The notes under the pieces are model-generated. The model was not told the origin of the DNA and made no database searches. It saw only the letters and a program-made list of their open reading frames with translations. The position numbers and the translations under genes are program-made. Below, piece by piece: positions 24,575 to 36,774 of a stretch of 64,000 nt of DNA. Each line of letters starts with the position of its first letter. Position 1 is the first letter of the stretch. The DNA comes from Vairimorpha necatrix (Eukaryota), in NCBI GenBank assembly GCA_036630325.1, contig CP142731.1, positions 1,178,001 to 1,242,000 of the forward strand, written 5' to 3'.

Positions 24575-25780
24575 TAAAAAATGCCTGAACCTGGAGTTGT
24601 AACTAAAAAATACATTCGACCGCGAATACTATGCGTTAAAACCTTTATTTTTATATGAAAATGATAATAAAAAATGCCAAAGCAAGAAAACCTACTAAAT
24701 ATACATGTGGACTGCATATTACAATGCGTTTTAGAACCTTTATTTTTTTTTATGTTGTTAAAAAATGCCAGAACCTGGAAATATATCTAAATATAATTCG
24801 ACTGCAAATACTATGCGTTTTAAACCTTAATTTTTTTTATGTTGTTAAAAAATGCCAAAGCAAGAAAATCTTACTAAATTTACATATTTAAAAAATTGCC
24901 ACGGCAAGAAGTTATACCTAAAATTTTTATGTGGACTATGAATACAATGCAATCTCGTGCGGCTTTATTATTTTTAAAACGTTGTTTAAAAATGCCAAAG
25001 CAAGAAAACCTACTAAATTTACATGTGGACTGCATATTACAATGCGTTTTAGAACCTTTATTTTTTTTAAAAAGTTGTTTAAAAATGCCAAAGCAAGAAA
25101 ACCTATTAAATATACAAAGAACTATGAATACAATGCAATCTTGTAAATAAATATAATTTATTTGGGTATAATATTCGGCTTATTGATTACTTTTCACAAG
25201 ATACGCTTACAGTCTCATCTGGCAGTTCCAGGACTTCCTTCTGAGATTCACTCATTGGGCTCTCGAAGACCCCTTCCTGATCTGTATCAAGCCCATGTCT
25301 GGCTGACATAGTTAGGCATTCTAAAGTCATTTTAAGGACTCTTGACTGTATATATGCTTCCGTTCTGGGTTCTAAGCTGAGCACTTTGATATGCGTACGG
25401 TGAAAATTAGTTACTATTCCATCCCACGTCATCACATAAGGAATAATTTTCGGCTTGTATTTGTAGAGAGAAGCCACATGATTTGCGAGCAAGTCGTATT
25501 TATGTTTCTTTTCTGTTTCTACTGCAGTGAGTTGTTAAAACTTGTGATTCCAACTTCTACAACGATCACTTCTTTCCTCAACTTGTCTACAATTAGTATA
25601 TCAGGCTTGTTATACTTTATTTTAATACTTGAATGTATCCTACTGTCGACTCGTACAATGCAATCTTGTAAAGCTTTATTTTTTTTTTTGAAAAGTTGTT
25701 TAAAAGTGCCAAGGCAAGAAGTTTAAACTAAATGTACATTCGACTGCAAATACTATGCGTTTTATTACCTTTATTTTTAT
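24575..25780. repeat. Tandem array of ~8 units of ~90 bp, interrupted by a LINE fragment
   Basis: Units begin AAAAATGCC and contain GACTGCA/GACTATGA and TACAATGC/TACTATGC, at ~24577, 24670, 24760, 24848, 24891, 24988, 25081 and 25702. Confidence 0.85.
25148..25653 (-). mobile_element. 5'-truncated RLE-type non-LTR retrotransposon (endonuclease + 3' UTR)
   Basis: NKPDILIVDK..EVIVVEVGIT and KYDLLAN..IIPYVMTWDGIV. Perfect 19-bp TSD TACAATGCAATCTTGTAAA at 25129-25147 and 25654-25672. Confidence 0.9.
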
Positions 25781-26514
25781 ATAATTAAGCTTGAGTAAAA
25801 AAGAAATTGAACGTACTACAGAAATATACTTTTTAATAAACAGAAGTATATAGATGCTCTATTGTGTTTATATATGTTTTACAAAAAAACATTAATTATA
25901 TATATTAAAAAATGTCATATTTTAAAAAAAAGAAATCTATTTTTTTTAGGACAAAACAAGCTGGAATATTTGATTTATATTGGTTTTCGTACTAAACATT
26001 TATAAAAAAAATTATAGTTCCATTTAAATTATTTTTTTTAAATCTTAGAAATAATTAAAAAAATATGAATAACTATAAATTTAGGAATATTGGTTTTCGT
26101 ATTAATATGTTTTTTAAAAAATCTTACATTATAAGAAAATCTTTTATATCTTATAAATATAATACGGAAATCTCAAAAACTATTTGTAATATTATATTTT
26201 TAAAAAAATATTAATTATATTTATTGACTAATGCCATGTCTCAAAACAATAAGCTATTTTTATTTTAGATGAAACAAACAAATTTTAACCTAATTTATTG
26301 TCAAAAAATCGTTTTTTATATTAAAATATTAATCATCTATATTAAAAAATGCCATGCTATTCTAGACATAAATTTTATACTTAAATAAACATAACAAATA
26401 AATCTATTACTTCATATTTTTTAAAATTGTTCTTTTTGATATTAAAATACTAATTAATTTTATTAACTAGTGCCAGGTTAATATATAAAAAAAAATATTT
26501 TATAAATACTCATT

Positions 26515-26871
26515 ATGGACTACACTTTCCAGGAATCTGAAGCAATATGTGACTTATTATTTTTTAAATACGCTAACAAAAAAAAAATAATAAAAAAAGA
26601 CAAATTCCACAATATCAAATCTCAGGCACAGATAAATCTATTGAATTCTGTGTTTGATAAAGATCCGTATCCTAATAAGAATGTTAAGATATTGATATCT
26701 GACTTGTTCGAATATGAAAAATATGATCCAATACAGAACTGGTTTCAGAATAAAAGGCAGATGAGTAAAGTGAAAGGGAAAAGGTATATGAGACGAGGAA
26801 TAAGTAATAAGAGATTGGTGGAGATATGTGTGGAATATTTAAGAGAAGTGAATAAAACAAGAAGGTATTAA
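26515..26871 (+). CDS. Homeodomain protein HD-B
   Basis: SQAQINLLNSVFDKDPYP...IQNWFQNKR; N-terminal ESEAICDL. Confidence 0.9.
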   Translation: MDYTFQESEAICDLLFFKYANKKKIIKKDKFHNIKSQAQINLLNSVFDKDPYPNKNVKILISDLFEYEKYDPIQNWFQNKRQMSKVKGKRYMRRGISNKRLVEICVEYLREVNKTRRY

Positions 26872-27326
26872 GAATAAAAAAAATTTTAAAGAATTTAAAA
26901 ATTTATAAAGAAATTTATATTTATAAAGAATTTTATATTCATAATTTAAAAATTTATAAAGAATTTTTTATTCAAAATTTATAAAGAATTTTATATTGTT
27001 AATTTAAAAATTTATAAAGAATTTTTTATTCAAAATTTATTAAGAATTTTATATTCATAATTTAAAAATTTCTTCTATTATATACAAATTTGATATATTA
27101 AAGAAAAATCATATATAGAAACTATTTTTTAAAAATAGTTTCCAAATTTCTAACAAATCAATACATATAAAATATTTTACATACCAATATAAAATATTTA
27201 GTAAATATTTAACAAATTAGATATCTGTTTTGACGTCTTTGATTTGTAGACCAATGAATATTCATATTGGTTCCTGAATTTCATTTGTCAATTAAATATA
27301 TAAAAAAAACAATATACAACTTCTTA

Positions 27327-28331
27327 ATGGACAAAAATTCAGATAATTTGCTCAAACTTGGTGCAAATGCCAAACGCATTCTTGAAAATTATAAAGGCAT
27401 TCTCGCCGTAGACGAATCTCCAAATTCGATAGGCGAAAAATTCAAAAAATTTAATATTGAAAATACAGAAGAAAATAGAAAAAACTTCAGAGAACTTCTT
27501 TTCACTTCAGATCATCTTGAAAAATACATTGGTGGCGTCATTCTCAATGAAGAAACTTTTTCTCAAAAAACTAATAAAGACGAGTCATTGGTAGATATTT
27601 TATTAAATAAGAATATTGATGTCGGTATCAAATTAGATAAAGGATTACAAGATTTTGAAGATAATGAAAAGATTTCTGTTGGTTTAGAAGATTTAGAGAA
27701 TAGGATACAGAATCCTTTATTTGAAAAAGCTACTTTTGCTAAATGGAGGTCGCTATTTTTAGCCAGTAAAGATTTACCAACTATTAGTTGTATAGATGAG
27801 AATTGTCAAACATTAGCCAAATACGCTAGTATTTGTCAGAAATATGGGAAAGTACCAATAGTAGAACCAGAATTATATTTTAATGGGAATTATCATATTG
27901 ATGACGCCAAGAGACATACTAAGAGTATTTTAAGTCATTTATTGAGATATTTAAATGATGCAGATGTTTATATACCTGGAATTTTAATCAAGATGGGATA
28001 TGTTACACAAGGAACAGATTCAGAAGTTAAAAATTCTTATAATGAAATAGGTATGGCTACGTTAGAAGGGATGATAAGTACGATTCCTTGTGGAGTGCCA
28101 GGGATAGTCTTTTTATCTGGAGGACATACAGAAGAAGATGCTATTGGATATTTGAGATCAGTAAACAGTCTGCGGGCGTTTAAGACGTGGGATATTAGTT
28201 TTAGTTATGGGCGTACTTTGACAGATAGGCCTATGGAGATATGGAATGGTAAAGAGACTAATAAGATGAAAGCGCAGAGTACATTTATTGAGATAGCAGA
28301 GAAGTGTTATTTGGCCAATCAAGGGAAATAA
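27327..28331 (+). CDS. Fructose-bisphosphate aldolase, class I
   Basis: KGILAVDES, IGGVIL, GIKLDKG, FAKWR, VPIVEPE, PGIVFLSGG, SFSYGR. First ATG is at 27327. Confidence 0.95.
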   Translation: MDKNSDNLLKLGANAKRILENYKGILAVDESPNSIGEKFKKFNIENTEENRKNFRELLFTSDHLEKYIGGVILNEETFSQKTNKDESLVDILLNKNIDVGIKLDKGLQDFEDNEKISVGLEDLENRIQNPLFEKATFAKWRSLFLASKDLPTISCIDENCQTLAKYASICQKYGKVPIVEPELYFNGNYHIDDAKRHTKSILSHLLRYLNDADVYIPGILIKMGYVTQGTDSEVKNSYNEIGMATLEGMISTIPCGVPGIVFLSGGHTEEDAIGYLRSVNSLRAFKTWDISFSYGRTLTDRPMEIWNGKETNKMKAQSTFIEIAEKCYLANQGK

Positions 28332-28761
28332 AATGAAACAAATCACAAATCTAATTGTATAATAACTTTTTTATTATTTTTTTAAAAAAATCAATAAGTC
28401 AAAATATTATACAAATCTAATCTGTATAATATTTATTGTATTTAAAAAACATAGTTAAACCAATATTTAAAAGACAATCATATACATAGAATATATTACA
28501 AATAAAATAATATTATATAGATTATATAAGTCAATAAAATATTAACATTTTATCTATATAAAGATAAAAATTTACTAAAATTTAATATTTTAACAAATAA
28601 TTTTTGTAAGGTAAATAAAATATCAAGTTTACATTTTGTTTATAAATCTACAAAATTACAATACAAAATTATTTCATAAAATAATAAAATAAATGTATTA
28701 TAATATTTATTTGTACTGTTTATAATATTAAATATCTCAGATATCTTCTTGCCCTTTTTCT

Positions 28762-29340
28762 ATGAGTGACAATAAACAAAAAGACAAAGAAATAATTGAT
28801 TTCTTGACTGCCTCGGGATATGATGAAGATATCATCAAGAAAGCTTTATCCTTGACAGAATCAAGAGATCTAGACGACATAGTTGATGTCATCATGGATA
28901 TTGAGAATAATAAATCCACCTGTAAAGTAGAACAAGTCACAAAAGAGATGCCTAAAATACAGAACGAAGATTTTACAAAAGTACTAGAGCAGAACAAGAA
29001 GGCTATTCTGGTTGATAGAATGTACAGGGAAGAATTAATAAGAAGATATCAAGAAGAAAAAAAGAGACGAGAAGAAGAAGAACAAATTCCAGAAGAAAAA
29101 GTTGCGGAAATAAAAGGCGACTGCGTTTTTAATGTTCGATTTCCAGACTCAAAATCTATAAAACTGTGTTTTATGAAGGGCGACACACACAATGACTTGT
29201 TTAATAAAATCGCAGAAATTTACGGGAGCTCGAATTTTTCACTTTACAAAATGCGAGATAGCGAAGCTATTAAGAAATCTAGTGAGAAATTAGAAAATAA
29301 TAAGAAAATATACCCCAAAGCAGCTTTATACATTGAATAA
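28762..29340 (+). CDS. UBA-UBX domain protein (p97/Cdc48 adaptor)
   Basis: UBA-like LTASGYDEDIIKKAL, a charged coiled coil, then UBX-like CVFNVRFPD...F...L...YPKAALYI. Confidence 0.8.
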   Translation: MSDNKQKDKEIIDFLTASGYDEDIIKKALSLTESRDLDDIVDVIMDIENNKSTCKVEQVTKEMPKIQNEDFTKVLEQNKKAILVDRMYREELIRRYQEEKKRREEEEQIPEEKVAEIKGDCVFNVRFPDSKSIKLCFMKGDTHNDLFNKIAEIYGSSNFSLYKMRDSEAIKKSSEKLENNKKIYPKAALYIE

Positions 29341-29512
29341 ACTATTTCTATAAAATCAAATTTGTAAATTCCCAAAATATCTCTTGTTTTCTTCATGACT
29401 CATAAAACTGTTTCATTTGTGCAAAATATAAATTTGAATTTTTTTTTTTCTAAAATTTGCTAACTAAACAAATTTCTATATTTTGATTTCTTTGTTTTTC
29501 TTTACCCTTGAA

Positions 29513-30448
29513 ATGACGCAGGTTTCAAAAGACAGAGAATTTTTAAGAAAATTTTCATACACAGAAAAAGAAATGAAAAAAAATTTAAATGATAAATTTT
29601 CATACATAGAAACTTTTATAAAACATAAACCAAAAATCCAAGAATCAAGATTAAAAAGGAAAATTAGAAATTTATCAACTATCAACATTTTATATTCAGT
29701 TTATTTATCTTTTAAAAAAATTGATAAAGATTTTATAAACAAAATTGAAAAAATTAAAACAGAATTAGAAAAAAGAGAAGATTTATTTCCTTCTGTCTTA
29801 GATTTCTTAGACAACAATGAAATAATTTATGACGATTTATATTTTTGGCATCCTGGTTTGAAATTTACAGACATTTTTGCTTTAATAATTCATTTATTGC
29901 CTAATATTGTAAATGATTATAAAAAATATTTAATAAGACAATTAATCTTGGGATTGGAACCTAAAACAGGAATCTTAAACATTTTTAAAAAAAGATTAAG
30001 TAAAAATATGGGAGATTTTGAAGTTATAAAAAAAGATTTATTAATTTTTAAAATTTATCAAGATTCCTCATTTTGCGCAGAATATGAAGAAATTAATTCT
30101 GTGGGAATTAAAAGAAAAGAAATTAGTAAAAATTCTAAAAAAAAAATTTTTAAAAAAGAAAAAATTTTTAAAATTGTAACTTCGGCTTATTGGAAAGATG
30201 AAGAAAAAGAAGAAGAAAATTGTGAAGAAATTATAAATATGATAGGAGGGGTAGAAATAAATAAGAATTATAGTAAAGATATAGAATTAGTATTGTGTCC
30301 GTCTTTGAGTTTTGTAGATGTGGAAATACAAGGGAAGAATATTGTGGTAGAAATGAATGTTTTGAATGATTTGATAACTAAAAATGAAAGGTCTAAGGAA
30401 TATTGGATTAGTGAAGGGATAATAAATGAAAAATGGGAATTTATATAA
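29513..30448 (+). CDS. Hypothetical protein with a possible C-terminal BRCT domain
   Basis: CCC-preceded ATG at 29513. IINMIGG...ELVLC...VVEMNVLNDLI resembles BRCT (I...GG...V...W..DCI) but lacks the Trp. Confidence 0.6.
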   Translation: MTQVSKDREFLRKFSYTEKEMKKNLNDKFSYIETFIKHKPKIQESRLKRKIRNLSTINILYSVYLSFKKIDKDFINKIEKIKTELEKREDLFPSVLDFLDNNEIIYDDLYFWHPGLKFTDIFALIIHLLPNIVNDYKKYLIRQLILGLEPKTGILNIFKKRLSKNMGDFEVIKKDLLIFKIYQDSSFCAEYEEINSVGIKRKEISKNSKKKIFKKEKIFKIVTSAYWKDEEKEEENCEEIINMIGGVEINKNYSKDIELVLCPSLSFVDVEIQGKNIVVEMNVLNDLITKNERSKEYWISEGIINEKWEFI

Positions 30449-31208
30449 AAAAAGAAAAAATAAAATCTCATAATTAATAAAAAAGCGCACAAAAATTAAG
30501 GTAAATATGTTTAAAGTTTTGCATAGAAAATGTAGCGAAATAAATGTAAACCATACTGAATTCCTATAGAACTTTTGTAAAATTTTAGGTCCATATAAAA
30601 AAAATTAAGCGAAGATTTGGCGCACCGAAATTCTGAATAGCCAAAGTAAAATTCAAGATCCAAATATATAAAAATATGCAAATTTAAATTCAAGGTTAAA
30701 AACATAAAATTATGAGCAATATAAGGTTCGGCGAAAAACATAACCAATAGAAAAAATATATTAAAATATCATTCTGCAGAGCATGTAAAACACGCATTCA
30801 AATTTTAACTATATAAAATATTAATCGACATTCTTTTTTGCCACATTTACGTAGTTTATTTTGACAATTCAACATATAAATATTTTATATAAAATTAGAC
30901 ATTTGATGATTTTTTTTATTTCAATATTTTTTCATCTCTCAAAATTTGACATTTAATTTAACTCAACGAATTTGTAGATTAAAAACGGTCATTTTATAGA
31001 AATACACAATTTTTTGTAAAAATCGTCATGATTTTAATATAATGAGAATCGTTGACATGTTTTTTTATTAAATTTTCATTCAAAAATTTTGACAAACAAA
31101 CAAATTTATAACTAATTTTTTCTTTTCTCAAAACTTTTGACATTTTCATTGACAAAAATTTAATTTCAATTTTTTGAATATAAAAAATAAAAATTCTTAA
31201 CCCCACTT

Positions 31209-31481
31209 ATGAATAATAATAACGAAGAAAGATTCTATAAAGCAGTTACTTGCTTGTTACTTGGTATTGATTATTTACCTAATCTTAAAAATTTACGACA
31301 TGTGCCGATAAAAAATCATAAGAGACATACGTACAGGGAAAGAGTTAATTTTATGGGAGATCGAGTTATAAGTCTGTATCATAAAGATTTAGAACCAAAA
31401 AGACCACATAAAATGTCATTGAAATATTCCAACGTGAATATGACATTCATGAATAATTTACGAAAAAATCAACAAAAATGA
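31209..31481 (+). CDS. Small hypothetical protein (90 aa)
   Basis: CCCC motif before the ATG and AATAAA right after the stop. Confidence 0.65.
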   Translation: MNNNNEERFYKAVTCLLLGIDYLPNLKNLRHVPIKNHKRHTYRERVNFMGDRVISLYHKDLEPKRPHKMSLKYSNVNMTFMNNLRKNQQK

Positions 31482-33015
31482 ATAATAAAACGTTTTTTAT
31501 TTATTTTTAATTTGTTATTATTTATTGCTGATTTCAATTTAATGCTCATTTTTAAATTAAAATATGTATATCGTCTCATAAACAAATACAATTATGCGAA
31601 GTCTTAATGATTATAAGACATTTTATCGTTTAGATTGAAGCAAGCGCGGAACTTGTTTATTTAGTATGTTGGCATATTAAAAAAAGAAATTTTTATTTTT
31701 TCATTATGAGGCGCAAAAGAGTTTGAAGATTCATTCACTGCTCGGAAAACCACATTTAAACTCTAAAAAGGATTGTTTCTTTTAGAGAAGCGAAAATTTT
31801 TGTTTTTGTATAATAAAAATAAATTTCGTATTCTTTTACAAATTATTTATTTAATAATACATTAGACAATATCTAAGAATCTACACGGTAAATTAGAACA
31901 CTTATATCATTTAGTGTGACGTGTAGATTTTTTTTATAGACATTGCATAAAATCTTACTGTAAAAAATAAAATGATTTTCTGAGAACGATGACTCAGTAA
32001 TAAAATGATATGTTGATAAATGACAGGCGTGCAAATAAAATATAACATAGAAGAACTCAAACTATAGAATATAAACAACAGTTAAATTTGTTTAAATGGC
32101 GGGGGTCGACATATAAAAGTTCTGCACAAGTTATGCTTACTTTGATCTTTTTATGAATCGAGTTTAATTTTTACTCAAAAAATTAGAATATGAGTCATTC
32201 ATTTATTATCTAAAAAAGAAACGATCAATTTTGATCGTTAAACAATCAGGATATAGACAACGAATTTCTATATAAAACATGAAAAAAATTGGATCGAACA
32301 AGATATATATTATAACACATAAAACAATGCAGAAATAAATAGTAGTAATTTCCTATAAGCACAAAAATATGCTTTATTTTTACAACTCTATAATATCATG
32401 AAATCATTTAACATTTTTGCTCAATTGACCAGTATAAAATGAAAGTTATTAAATAGAAACTCTAATATGGCGTTGATTGGCAATGAAAGAATGTTGACGC
32501 ATTAAAGCTTATTTTTGTTATATCAAAAAACAAATTATCTGCTTTTATGTATTAACCCCTAGTAAAATAAATAAGTATATAAAAAACTTGTAGTCTAAAT
32601 TTTTTTGCCTTTTAGACATATACGCATCGATCATCAGGAAAACCAGTTTGCAAGTTATGCTACAAATTAAACCGAGCAGTACCATAAAAAAATTAGCATG
32701 TAGAAAAAAAATATTAAAATTTATCTGGAGATAATAATAATAATAAAAAAATTATGTGAACTCTAATTACAGAAACTAACAATTAAAACAACACTTAGAA
32801 ATGTAAAAGAGAATCAAAAAAAAAATTTCTTATATAGTAAATGAAAAAATCTCAATTTTGTTGTTTTTTTTTTCATAATTTTATTGTTCATTTTATGTTT
32901 TTGCATTTAACTTAAAATTTCAGTTTTTAATTTTTAAAACTATTTGATTGCTTTTATTAACGGTTAGAAATTAATAACGGTATTAAAAAATTGAAACAAT
33001 TTTTTTTTTACCCCT

Positions 33016-34626
33016 ATGGAAGCAAAAACAAAAATCTTAAAATATCTAGAAATTATAAACCATTCTTCTATATCATTAGATTATATTTCCAAGCTTAATA
33101 AAATATCTGATGTTTACGATATAGAAACTATAAGTATATTTTATTATTCATATAGACAAATAACGGAAGATCTTAAAATTAATAATAAATCCAGTGTCAG
33201 TATAAATTATGTATTAGCAAGAAATTTCATTTTATTAGAAAAAATTAATAATAAATTTTTCGTGCAAATTTTATTGGATAATGAAGATATTATGGAATTG
33301 CCCGATAATTTAGAGTTAAGACTTGTCGAGTTAATTAATACTTCACATTTAGATGCACATTTGTTCAAATATATTAATTTGCATCGCAATAAATTGAAAA
33401 TTTCAGAAAAGACTATAAAACATATTTTTAATAATCCGTCATTCTTTATGAAGTATTTAGATTCGGATGTTAAAGTTATCAGACAAATTCTATTAAAAAA
33501 TCGAGATCAAAAGTACAAACAAGATCTTATAAAATATATTGAGACACAAGGGTGTATAAATAATATTATATTATATAACTGTATAGTATCAAAAGAATAT
33601 AAAATTCAGTATATAAATAATATAAATGTAAATGAACTAAAAAATAATGTGTGTTATAATCATCTGATGGCATATTTAGAAAAATGTAAAATATTACAAA
33701 AATACCTAATAAGTAAAGAAGATTTAGATGTGATGCTAAAATATCCGGAATATTGTGATATAATGGATCTAATGAACATTATAAAACATGATGTTTATAA
33801 AGAAGAAATTTTATTAATTTATTTAATTAATAAAAAAAATATAAGTAGTTATGAATTAGAAAAGATTATAAACGAGTTAGGAGAAGACAACCATTATATT
33901 AAGGAATATTGTAAAGTAAACAAAAAGATAGAAAACAAAAGAAAAAAAATAAAAACTAATGACTACAACACAGGCAGTGAGACCAGTAAAAAACTAGAAG
34001 CATCGTATAGGGATCTAAATGACAAAATGACGGAGTGTATTGGAATGCAAGAAAACAAACAAACTTCCACTAACTTTTTTTGCAAAGAAACAAATTTTAT
34101 AAATACAAAAAATATGACACATATAACTAATGATCAAAAAAGTAACAACATTGATCGAAATACACAAAATCTTGATCAAAATTACAAAGATCAAACTATC
34201 ATCTATCCAAATAAGATTAATGATTTTAGTATTAACAAGGTAATCACTACAGATATGTCATTTAATGACATATTAGCAAATGATTCGTCTTTAAATCTTA
34301 CTGAAGTCAATAGTTTTTTAGATTCTCTGTTTAATACATATGACTTTAAATATAATTACAACATAATTATCGGTATATTAAAAAAATACGAGAAACCAGT
34401 AACTAGTAAAATTCAAGAATATTTAATGAAAATCTTGGAAGAAGGATTTTTTGAGGAATGTTACTTTGATATGATAAGGAATTTATATAATAGATTACTG
34501 AAATATTGTACTAATACAAAAACACGAAAAAATAATGATATGATACTTATAGGACTTTCAAAATATTGTAAATATTTCAATAAGGAAGTGAGTTTAGGAA
34601 ATGTAAAGAATAATAAAAAGAAATAA
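33016..34626 (+). CDS. Hypothetical protein (536 aa)
   Basis: Long ORF, CCCC-T-ATG start, AATAAA overlapping the stop. No motif recognised. Confidence 0.8.
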   Translation: MEAKTKILKYLEIINHSSISLDYISKLNKISDVYDIETISIFYYSYRQITEDLKINNKSSVSINYVLARNFILLEKINNKFFVQILLDNEDIMELPDNLELRLVELINTSHLDAHLFKYINLHRNKLKISEKTIKHIFNNPSFFMKYLDSDVKVIRQILLKNRDQKYKQDLIKYIETQGCINNIILYNCIVSKEYKIQYINNINVNELKNNVCYNHLMAYLEKCKILQKYLISKEDLDVMLKYPEYCDIMDLMNIIKHDVYKEEILLIYLINKKNISSYELEKIINELGEDNHYIKEYCKVNKKIENKRKKIKTNDYNTGSETSKKLEASYRDLNDKMTECIGMQENKQTSTNFFCKETNFINTKNMTHITNDQKSNNIDRNTQNLDQNYKDQTIIYPNKINDFSINKVITTDMSFNDILANDSSLNLTEVNSFLDSLFNTYDFKYNYNIIIGILKKYEKPVTSKIQEYLMKILEEGFFEECYFDMIRNLYNRLLKYCTNTKTRKNNDMILIGLSKYCKYFNKEVSLGNVKNNKKK

Positions 34627-34873
34627 ATGCATTTATAATATAGACGTCCTGTTTTGTGAAACTTTTACTAGTTGACGGGGAGCCGCGATATATTTTCCAG
34701 ATAAAATATATGAAGAATTACAATAACGATCATAATTTTACCGTTGATAAATTTGTCTATATTAAATGTGTACTTTTGATTTAGTTAACATGTTTTTATG
34801 CGATACAATTGCTAGATGAGATATGATTTTACGCTTACAAATTTTTAATACACATTTAAAAATATAATAAAGT

Positions 34874-35344
34874 TTAATTATTATGATTTTTATAATGACT
34901 ATCTGCTACATGTTTTACTAAAGTACTCTTATTTTTATATCTTCTACTACACCCACAAAAATTACAAGCATAAGGCTTATTAACATCAAGATTATCAGGC
35001 GTGTGTCCCTTCTCAACATGATACTTAAGAGAATATTTACTCATATACTTCTTAAAACATCCAGGATAATCGCAATAATAAACATTATACATCCTTCCAT
35101 CCCTGTTATAATAACTCTGCCCATTGATTGTTATAACATTCTGTATTCTTTCCCTTTTAACTTTATCTACTTCATACTTCATCAAATATTTCTCATTAAA
35201 TCCAAAAGGAGCTGTTTGATACAAGCCAAAGTTAAATACTGCTGGTTTATAAGAAAATCCTGGAGATTGATGAATATCATAATTCTTTTGATATTTCTTA
35301 TTTAGATATTGTTCATACTCTTCTCTCATTTTTTTATAGTTCAT
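34874..35344 (-). CDS. Two-finger C2H2 zinc-finger protein
   Basis: YYCDYPGCFKKYMSKYSLKYHVEKGH and KPYACNFCGCSRRYKNKSTLVKHVADSH. Confidence 0.88.
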   Translation of the reverse strand: MNYKKMREEYEQYLNKKYQKNYDIHQSPGFSYKPAVFNFGLYQTAPFGFNEKYLMKYEVDKVKRERIQNVITINGQSYYNRDGRMYNVYYCDYPGCFKKYMSKYSLKYHVEKGHTPDNLDVNKPYACNFCGCSRRYKNKSTLVKHVADSHYKNHNN

Positions 35345-36774
35345 ATGGTGTCTAATAAATAGTTATTTACATTTAAACTTGATACCATCATAATTTTAAT
35401 AAATTATGATATTTAGTATTAGAAAGTATAACCGACAAATAAACTCAATCCTATATCTATAATTGTGATATTTAGCATTTTAAAGTGTAACTGTCAAAAA
35501 TGAATCTTGTAATTTTAATATTGATGAAAAGGTCTAATCTTGTATTTTTAATTTAAACTTAGATCTGTAAAATATAAAAAAAATTAGAACTCTCGAGATA
35601 TAAAAATTAAAAGGGGGAATTGATATTTTTGACACCAAAAAAATATTGTAGAAATATTTTTTAGATTTGGGAATTTCATTAATCAATTAATATTTTCTAA
35701 TTAAAATGTGTTAATTAATACATATATAAAATATTGTAAACACAAAATATTTGATATATGTCAAAATACTTGAGATTTTTGAATTAAATACATTTTCTAT
35801 GTCCAGTGTAAACATTAACAAATATATTTATTCTCGTCATAAAAAAGAAAGAAAGATTGAAAGAATAAAATACAAACTTAAACCTGTAAATTAAAACCGA
35901 CAGTATACTCATGACTACTGTATACATAAGACATGTAAACATTAGTCATGAAGCGAATTTTTTCGTCACAGAAAAAAGAGTTCAAACTAGATACAAAATT
36001 CAAATGATTTTGTTTTGGAAGAAAAAATAATTCACAAATACAAGTTTAAAAAAACAATTGTCAGTATATTGGCATTTTACAGAGGTCATTATATTCATTA
36101 AGGGAGGTTTTTTAGCCATCCAAGAAACATTATTACAAACAACACGCTCTAGCATAAAAATCATCTATCAATTAAAATAATTGTTTTATGACATATGACT
36201 TCAATAAACAAAAGACATTGTTGATAATACACAAAATCAAAATCAAAAAAAATAATTCTCTCTTTATATTTCGTGTTGCAAGAAGCACTAAAAACCAAAT
36301 TTCTTGAAAAAAAGACAACTAAAAAGTAAACGTTATGCTACTTATTAAAACTTATTTGTTTAAATAAGAAATCCAAAAAAAAATAATACGAATTAAATTT
36401 TTTGAAATCGAACATTGTAAAAAAATTTTTTAAAATACAAAAAATAAACCAGAAACAGGCAAAGACCAGGAGACATAAAGATTTTTTTTCATGACAAAGA
36501 ACTTTGTGGAATACATAATTAAACCTATCAATTGAGGGTACAATAGTAAAGAACATATGTTTAGTGATTCGTTTGAAGATTGCTTAGTTTTTATTTTTTA
36601 TTAAAACTATGATCGATTATGGTTAAAAAAACTCTAATTTATAAAATAAAAATTTGTTCGAGAAATCAAGCGTGCTACGATATTACAAAAACAAAAAGAA
36701 ACCTTGAACAGAAGTCATCAAACTTGCTATGCTTTTTATTTACTTATATATTTGTACTCATCTTTTATAGAATG

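Noticed and set aside
24575-25780. CRISPR-like array, or the short ORFs 24655, 24896, 24931 and 25391
   Set aside because: No unique spacers, no cas genes and a eukaryotic context. The ORFs are translations of the repeat in different frames.
35890-36590. Possible decayed integrase/transposase; similar unclear tracts at ~10600-11400 and ~44250-46000
   Set aside because: No catalytic motif could be reconstructed confidently. BLASTX would be needed.
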